46,852 nucleotides of DNA. Origin: a virus. The position numbers were made by a program, and so were the translations under genes. Within the stretch, counting starts at the first letter, position 1. Each line of letters opens with the position of its first letter. The stretch is from the IMG/VR virus record IMGVR_UViG_3300019124_000012, positions 1 to 46,852 of that record; one strand, given 5' to 3'. Below, one piece after another: positions 35,366-40,318 of the stretch. The notes below the pieces were generated by a model, which did no database searches, was not told where the DNA came from, and saw only the letters and a program-made list of their open reading frames with translations.

Positions 35366-35842
35366 ATGAAAGTCGAGGTCTACTTCAACTTGCACAGAAA
35401 GGTCTGGAGCGTCCGCAACGCTAAGACCAAGCGCCTAGTGGGGCATGCGTCTAGGCTCTTGCTTCGTGATGCCACGTTCAAGGTATCGGAAGCGGGTCGC
35501 CAGAGGGTTCTGAGGGAGCGCAAAAAGAACGTCCATGCGTTCGTGCGCGGGGAGCTGGAGGCTGCGGCCTGGGGCTTCGTGATGCTCGACCATCAGAGCA
35601 TCGGAACCGAATGGAACCTCTGCAAGCGCTCGAATAACGCCTATGCGCGAGCTGCTAACCGGCTTGGGGAGGAAGTCTCTTACAATCCCTACAAGGGGCC
35701 TTCGTTCTACCGCAAGTGGGACGGGGCAGAGGTGGCAGAGGCCGATATGGTCTACATGACCCTTGAGAACCACAAGGGGCGCGTGATGGCCTTCGACCCC
35801 TGCCAGATGAGCGCAGAAGAAAGCGCAATGGCTACCGAATAA
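35366..35842 (+). CDS. Hypothetical early protein (158 aa)
   Basis: AGGAGG lies 9 nt upstream. First ORF of the plus-strand early block. Confidence 0.6.
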   Translation: MKVEVYFNLHRKVWSVRNAKTKRLVGHASRLLLRDATFKVSEAGRQRVLRERKKNVHAFVRGELEAAAWGFVMLDHQSIGTEWNLCKRSNNAYARAANRLGEEVSYNPYKGPSFYRKWDGAEVAEADMVYMTLENHKGRVMAFDPCQMSAEESAMATE

Positions 35843-35849
35843 CTGTGTC

Positions 35850-35867
35850 CAGATACAACGTAATTAC
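35850..35867 (+). promoter_or_regulatory. Cassette cAGATACAACGTAATTAC (best consensus copy; candidate phage RNAP promoter)
   Basis: Followed by tGGAGatcgcacATG of the next gene. AGATACAACGTAATT is identical to the copy at 39965. Confidence 0.5.
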
Positions 35868-35879
35868 TGGAGATCGCAC

Positions 35880-36158
35880 ATGACGACCGTGCTTTATCGC
35901 GAGGACTTTCCTGTCGCCTGCATCGAGGCTTGCTCGGCACCTGGGGACGTGTCTGAGGCCGTCGAATACTGGCTCGACACCGTAGGCCTGCCTGAGGCCG
36001 TCAGCCGGGAGGAGGCCATTGATTACCTTGAGGCCACTGGAGGCTGGGAGCGGGATGAGCTGGAGGGCATGGGGATCGATGAGCTGCACAAGCGCATCCT
36101 CTGGCTTGCCTGCTGCACCTTCAACGAAGGCGACGACATCTTCTGCCTGGAGGCCTGA
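35880..36158 (+). CDS. Strongly acidic small early protein (92 aa)
   Basis: 22 Asp/Glu versus 5 Lys/Arg, counted by hand. First gene after a consensus cassette. Confidence 0.6.
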   Translation: MTTVLYREDFPVACIEACSAPGDVSEAVEYWLDTVGLPEAVSREEAIDYLEATGGWERDELEGMGIDELHKRILWLACCTFNEGDDIFCLEA

Positions 36159-36161
36159 TCG

Positions 36162-36338
36162 ATGTACGAGGTTTGCTACTGGATGCCCACTAGCAAGCGC
36201 TGGGTTCGCCTCGACCGCTTCGGGGCACGGTGGAGGGCTCAGGACTACCTAGAGCGCCTGCAAAGGGAGATGCCTGAGGAGACTTTCGCCCTGTTCGACT
36301 GTGATGGCTGTGAGATCGAGGTAAGGGAGGCTGCATGA
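36162..36338 (+). CDS. Hypothetical small protein (58 aa)
   Basis: Read by hand (MYEVCYWMPTSKRWVRLDRFGARWRAQDYLERLQ...). Its stop overlaps the next ATG. Confidence 0.4.
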   Translation: MYEVCYWMPTSKRWVRLDRFGARWRAQDYLERLQREMPEETFALFDCDGCEIEVREAA

Positions 36339-36457
36339 GCGAGCAAAAGCCTATCCGCTGTGAATACTGCGGACACTACTACCTGAAGCCTTGCGATGCT
36401 GAGAGGCAGAAGGCTTGCCAGAACGTGAAGCTCAAGGATCGAAAGGAGGCCGCTTGA
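36335..36457 (+). CDS. Possible Cys-rich 40-aa peptide
   Basis: MSEQKPIRCEYCGHYYLKPCDAERQKAC. ATGA/TGATG coupling on both sides. Confidence 0.35.
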   Translation: MSEQKPIRCEYCGHYYLKPCDAERQKACQNVKLKDRKEAA

Positions 36458-36690
36458 TGGCTGCTGAGAATGACGAGGTTAGCTACGTGGTCCTGGTGGA
36501 CGATGGACACTCTGAAGTAATTCTCGGCTCGCCCAACAGGACACAGGCAGAGACGCTGTTCTGGATACTCACTGACTACGTGAACCGTGGGGAGGCTGAC
36601 TCGGTCGAACTTAAGGAGATGCACAGGGGCAAGCCTCTGGAGGCCGATAGAACCTTGATGGTCTGGGATAAGGAGTGTGTGGATGGTTGA
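36457..36690 (+). CDS. Hypothetical protein (77 aa)
   Basis: ATG overlaps the previous stop, with GGAGG upstream. Confidence 0.5.
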   Translation: MAAENDEVSYVVLVDDGHSEVILGSPNRTQAETLFWILTDYVNRGEADSVELKEMHRGKPLEADRTLMVWDKECVDG

Positions 36691-36967
36691 AACTTCGGAA
36701 CTCAGGTTCAACCTACCGGCCAAGCGGATCAAAATGCTCCGCGAGCTGGTCCGCAAGATGCCTGAGTACAAGCGCAAGCTGGAGGCAGAGCGCAAGCACC
36801 TAGCGGAGCTGCGGGAGGCCTGGGATCGGAACGACGGGAACAACCCTAATAAGTTCCGGTCGGACATCGAGAACGCGAAGCTCTCAATCGAGATTTACGA
36901 GAGCTGGGTGAAGTCTGGGGAGGAGGCTTTAGACGAGCTTATCGATACGATGATATTGGACGACTGA
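36683..36967 (+). CDS. Hypothetical coiled-coil protein (94 aa)
   Basis: AGGAG lies 8 nt upstream of the ATG at 36683. Confidence 0.5.
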   Translation: MVETSELRFNLPAKRIKMLRELVRKMPEYKRKLEAERKHLAELREAWDRNDGNNPNKFRSDIENAKLSIEIYESWVKSGEEALDELIDTMILDD

Positions 36968-37069
36968 CGGTCGCTCTATAGGGCTCATCGATCCACCGGT
37001 GGGCCTCGATAGAGTGATCCCCTGACCAGGGATCGTTCGTAGTTACATTAGGTCACGGAAGGATTCGCT

Positions 37070-37294
37070 ATGGCAAATGAACCAGATATGGGGCCGGTTG
37101 AGATCCAACTCGCTCGCCTCAGCATGATTGGCGAAGTTCAGCTCATGCAGGAAGGACTCGCCTATATTATCGAGCTTGCGAACCGCAGGCTGCTTCAGGT
37201 CTATGTGCCTGGAAAAGATGGGGTTTTGACTGAGACAGATGTTGTCTCTGCGAACTTCAACGGACCCTTTATTGACATCCATCTGGAGGATTGA
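37070..37294 (+). CDS. Hypothetical protein (74 aa)
   Basis: ORF preceded by cacGGAAGGattcgctATG. Confidence 0.5.
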   Translation: MANEPDMGPVEIQLARLSMIGEVQLMQEGLAYIIELANRRLLQVYVPGKDGVLTETDVVSANFNGPFIDIHLED

Positions 37295-37397
37295 GTCCTT
37301 ACGGTAGAGCTAATCCTAAGGATTGAGTCCTTTGCTACCTGTGGAAAAAATGTCGCATTGAATGGTGTTCGCGAAACGTTCTTCTAGCAGAATACGT

Positions 37398-37418
37398 TTG
37401 AATGCCACATACATTCAA
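37398..37418. promoter_or_regulatory. Candidate operator: TTGAATG-N7-CATTCAA perfect inverted repeat
   Basis: The 21-bp palindromic site lies 32 nt upstream of the winged-helix gene. A related 9-bp palindrome, CATTGAATG, is at 37356-37364. Confidence 0.4.
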
Positions 37419-37450
37419 TTGTTCACTCCGGCCTATTTGGAGATCGCACA

Positions 37451-37888
37451 ATGATGATCATGCTAGAGAACCTCACCATGAATGCAGCAACCGCTTCTGG
37501 GGTCCGAATGGCGTCAGACAAATACGCACGGCCCTCAGATGAGGCCGTTGCCGCCCTGGACCGCTCTTATCGTCTTATAAAGGCCTTCCGCGATCGTGAT
37601 CACAAGATGCCAATCAGTTACATGGCCGCATTCATTGTGGTGGCACGTTTCCCAGGCATGGGACCGTCGTTCTATGCTGAGAAGCTCGGTACCACTCAGC
37701 CGGTCGCCTCCCGCACCCTTCAAGAGATCGGCACGAATCCTCGCGTGAAGGGCAAAGGCCTGGAGCTGGTGGACAGCGAGATTGATCCAGGCAACCGCAG
37801 GCAGCACCGCTACTTCCTGACCCCTAAGGGCCGTGGGCTCTACCGGGACATTCTGACGATCATGGGTGAAGCCGCAGGACACGCCTAA
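37451..37888 (+). CDS. Winged-helix (MarR-like) transcriptional regulator, candidate prophage repressor (145 aa)
   Basis: TTQPVASRTLQEIG...LELVDSEIDPGNRRQHRYFLTPKG fits the recognition helix plus beta-wing of MarR-type wHTH proteins. It has its own 156-bp upstream region and lies beside the integrase. Confidence 0.5.
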   Translation: MMIMLENLTMNAATASGVRMASDKYARPSDEAVAALDRSYRLIKAFRDRDHKMPISYMAAFIVVARFPGMGPSFYAEKLGTTQPVASRTLQEIGTNPRVKGKGLELVDSEIDPGNRRQHRYFLTPKGRGLYRDILTIMGEAAGHA

Positions 37889-38056
37889 ATGATACAAATT
37901 GTCATTGTAACGCTTTTACTGTTGATTGTATGGGCAGCATTAGGTAGAGTGGCGAAAGCAATGGGGAGCGACAACCCCTTCGCCCCTCTCGGTTTGATGT
38001 ATGTGCTGGTCTGCTTCGGGTTCGTGGGGATGCTGATCCTCGGCACCTTTAGCTGA
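37889..38056 (+). CDS. Small two-TM membrane protein (55 aa)
   Basis: Read by hand (MIQIVIVTLLLLIVWAALG...LMYVLVCFGFVGMLILGTFS). Starts 1 nt after the regulator stop. Confidence 0.4.
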   Translation: MIQIVIVTLLLLIVWAALGRVAKAMGSDNPFAPLGLMYVLVCFGFVGMLILGTFS

Positions 38057-38062
38057 CCAAGG

Positions 38063-38087
38063 GAGGCTCTTCGGAGCCTCTCTTTTG
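38063..38087 (+). terminator. Factor-independent terminator GAGGCTC-TTCG-GAGCCTC-tcttttg
   Basis: 7-bp perfect stem, UUCG tetraloop and a T-rich tail after the regulator/TM pair. Confidence 0.65.
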
Positions 38088-38114
38088 AACCTGATATATG
38101 GGAGTTACGGTATT

Positions 38115-39281
38115 ATGCCAGTCTACATGGAAATGCGTAACGGTAAGCCTACGGGCGTCTGGATTGTCGAGGTCACGGTCAACCGGAAGCGCATGCCTCG
38201 CGTCCGTTGCCAGACGAAGCAGGAAGGCCTGAAGGTCGAGCAGCTCATCAAGGCTGGCCTGTATGACTTCGACAACAAGGACGTTCGCTCTCAGACAGGC
38301 TACACCCTTGGGCACCTCATGAACGACGAGCGCATGCTCAAGGAATGCTGGCCGACCACTGACCGGGATCGCCACAACAGCATGCGTCGGTTCCGTGAGT
38401 GCTGCGAGATCATCGGCACCAATGTGCTGCTCTCGGACCTCAAGACGGAACACATCGATGAGCTGATCGAGGAGCTGGAGAAGCGCCCTGCCCGTAAGCA
38501 GCGGACCAAGCGCAACCCCAACTCGGACAAGCAATACCGTTTCAGGGTCAAGCATGGTCTGACGAACCCTGACAATCAGGCCAAGACCCTCGCGCCTGCG
38601 ACCATCAACCGGTATCTGGCCGCGCTCTCGGAAGCTCTCGATTGGGCCAACACCCGCGAGTCCACCGGCTTCCTGGGCAAGCGCAACACGATCCACTTCT
38701 CCTGGCGTGACGAGCGCGGGAATGAGCGCGAGCATTGGCTCACCCCTGAGGAAGAGATCAGGATCGTGGAGTACCTGAGGACCAATAACGAAGACCCGCG
38801 CCCTGATGTGGCGACCGTGGTTCAGGTGCTGTGCGCGACCGGATGTCGTGTGGGCGAGATCCTCAAGCTCAAGCCGGATGCCATCGATCCCCTCGATGAA
38901 ACCATCCGCCTGGACCGCAAGACGACCAAGGGCAAGAAGACCCGCTACCAGCCGCTGGATCAGGCCCTGTGCATCGCCCTGAGGAACCTCAAGACCTCAG
39001 GCAAGATGCCGTCCTACAAGGTCATCCAGAGGCAGTTCTACCGCGCCAGGAAGGCCTGCAAGGTGGAATGTGCGGACATCACCCTTCACGGCCTGCGGCA
39101 CACCGTAGGAACGCAGATGCAGATCGCAGGCTTCACCATCGAGGAGACGGCGCAGTTCCTGGGTCACAGCTCGACCAGGGTCACAGAGCGCTACCAGCAT
39201 GCTGCCCTTCAGCAGAAGCGCCTGACCCTCGCGAAGCTCAAGGTGTCCAAGCAGCAGATGTTGGAGGCAAACAAGGCATGA
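38115..39281 (+). CDS. int: Tyrosine recombinase / phage integrase (388 aa)
   Basis: Catalytic boxes ATGCRVGEIL (Arg), HGLRHTVGT (H-x-x-R) and LGHSSTRVTERYQH (His...Tyr). Confidence 0.9.
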   Translation: MPVYMEMRNGKPTGVWIVEVTVNRKRMPRVRCQTKQEGLKVEQLIKAGLYDFDNKDVRSQTGYTLGHLMNDERMLKECWPTTDRDRHNSMRRFRECCEIIGTNVLLSDLKTEHIDELIEELEKRPARKQRTKRNPNSDKQYRFRVKHGLTNPDNQAKTLAPATINRYLAALSEALDWANTRESTGFLGKRNTIHFSWRDERGNEREHWLTPEEEIRIVEYLRTNNEDPRPDVATVVQVLCATGCRVGEILKLKPDAIDPLDETIRLDRKTTKGKKTRYQPLDQALCIALRNLKTSGKMPSYKVIQRQFYRARKACKVECADITLHGLRHTVGTQMQIAGFTIEETAQFLGHSSTRVTERYQHAALQQKRLTLAKLKVSKQQMLEANKA

Positions 39282-39493
39282 CGTTTGAAGAGTTCCTGAC
39301 GGACTTCGTTACGTTCTTCTCGACGTTACATAAGAACCCTGCGTTCTGGCTTTGGCTCCTCACGCTGGTCGCGGCCTACTTCCACATAGGACAGCTTGAG
39401 AAACAGTGGGACGCTGAGAAGCGCAGGCTGGTCGATGAGATCGGAGCTTTGAAGATCAAGCTCGGTAAACTGACCGGCAATTGGGACTTCTGA
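39278..39493 (+). CDS. Hypothetical membrane/coiled-coil protein (71 aa)
   Basis: ATGA-coupled to the integrase stop. TM segment AFWLWLLTLVAAYF. Confidence 0.45.
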   Translation: MTFEEFLTDFVTFFSTLHKNPAFWLWLLTLVAAYFHIGQLEKQWDAEKRRLVDEIGALKIKLGKLTGNWDF

Positions 39494-39519
39494 TCGAGTT
39501 ACCTTTAGCAGCCAAACTT

Positions 39520-39545
39520 GGGGCCTTCTGAGGCCCCTTTTTTTA
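39520..39545 (+). terminator. Factor-independent terminator GGGGCCT-tctg-AGGCCCC-TTTTTTT
   Basis: 7-bp GC stem followed by a T7-8 run, downstream of the integrase operon. Confidence 0.75.
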
Positions 39546-39675
39546 TCCCCAGGCACTTCCCTAGCCTGGAGCGCCCAATCGGCCTGTACGGGCTTCCTAC
39601 GCGATCTCTGGGCCTATTACGTTTCAACAGTAAGTCCGATTTTTGCCTTCAACTGTTGAACCAAGGGCTTGAGCC

Positions 39676-39693
39676 TTGACATATCGTAATTAC
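39676..39693 (+). promoter_or_regulatory. Cassette variant TTGACATATCGTAATTAC
   Basis: Shares CGTAATTAC with the consensus and begins with a TTGACA hexamer. Confidence 0.3.
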
Positions 39694-39858
39694 GGTTATT
39701 CCGGGGAGTTTTGTCCTTTTATTCCCAGAATGCCCCGTGCGGGGTACTTTGCGGGGCATTTTCGCTTCGTAATTGCAATTGTATTCTTGCCACACCAGCC
39801 TAAGAGCCTGAGATTGCTCACTAATTTTGCTGGGGATAAATTCAGGCAGTCATTCGAG

Positions 39859-39871
39859 GGATTTGCAGTCC
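39859..39871. other. 13-nt copy of the tRNA-Cys anticodon stem-loop (GGATTTGCAGTCC); candidate attP core
   Basis: Identical to 11525-11537 inside the phage tRNA-Cys gene, in the same orientation. It lies in the integrase-RNAP spacer and has the layout GGA / 7 nt / TCC. Confidence 0.35.
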
Positions 39872-39963
39872 AGGTCGTTACGCCCCTTCCTGCCCCGCAC
39901 CTGAACGGCGATTCCTTAAGACTTCCAACGGGTTAGTTGATGTCAAGGGTCGCTGGCACCCCG

Positions 39964-39981
39964 CAGATACAACGTAATTCC
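39964..39981 (+). promoter_or_regulatory. Cassette cAGATACAACGTAATTCC sitting in the loop of a 9-bp inverted repeat
   Basis: AGATACAACGTAATT is identical to the 35851 copy. It is flanked by CCCCGCAGA (39960-39968) and TCTGCGGGG (39990-39998). Confidence 0.4.
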
Positions 39982-40150
39982 ACATGGTTCTGCGGGGCAC
40001 TTGACCCGGCCCTCCTCTACCCCGCAGCTTCACCGGTTGCAAGCCGCTACCTTGTTACTGCCAAGCCTGAGTCAGCTTGTCGCACTTATGGCCCAGCTTT
40101 TCCACAGCAAAGCTCTTGCGCGTACACCCGCGTATGGTATCTAAAGCGCA

Positions 40151-40168
40151 TCGACTCATCGTAATTCC
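40151..40168 (+). promoter_or_regulatory. Cassette variant tcGACTCATCGTAATTCC upstream of the RNAP gene
   Basis: Shares CGTAATTCC with the 39964 copy. Confidence 0.3.
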
Positions 40169-40212
40169 AGTTCAAATGGAGCTACGGAGCAAAACAGGGT
40201 TTTATCGTTGGA

Positions 40213-40257
40213 TTTCAAACGGTTAAGACCCAAAAATGCGAGCCGATGACCACTCTT
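40213..40257. repeat. Right copy of the 45-46-bp inverted repeat (partner 33539..33584)
   Basis: The 29-bp core cccaaaaatgcgagccgatgaccactctt (40229-40257) is the exact reverse complement of 33539-33567. It ends 61 nt upstream of the RNAP ATG. Confidence 0.9.
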
Positions 40258-40318
40258 GCCCAGACGGCGATCTCAAACCCTGGTCCCCTCGATGGGACGC
40301 AACAAACGGGAAACAGAC

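Noticed and set aside
39676-40164. ORFs 39676-39936 (TTG start) and 39937-40164 in the integrase-RNAP spacer.
   Set aside because: No RBS, non-ATG or poorly placed starts, and Pro/Arg/Phe-rich implausible sequences. The DNA is full of hairpins and cassette copies, which fits a regulatory leader.
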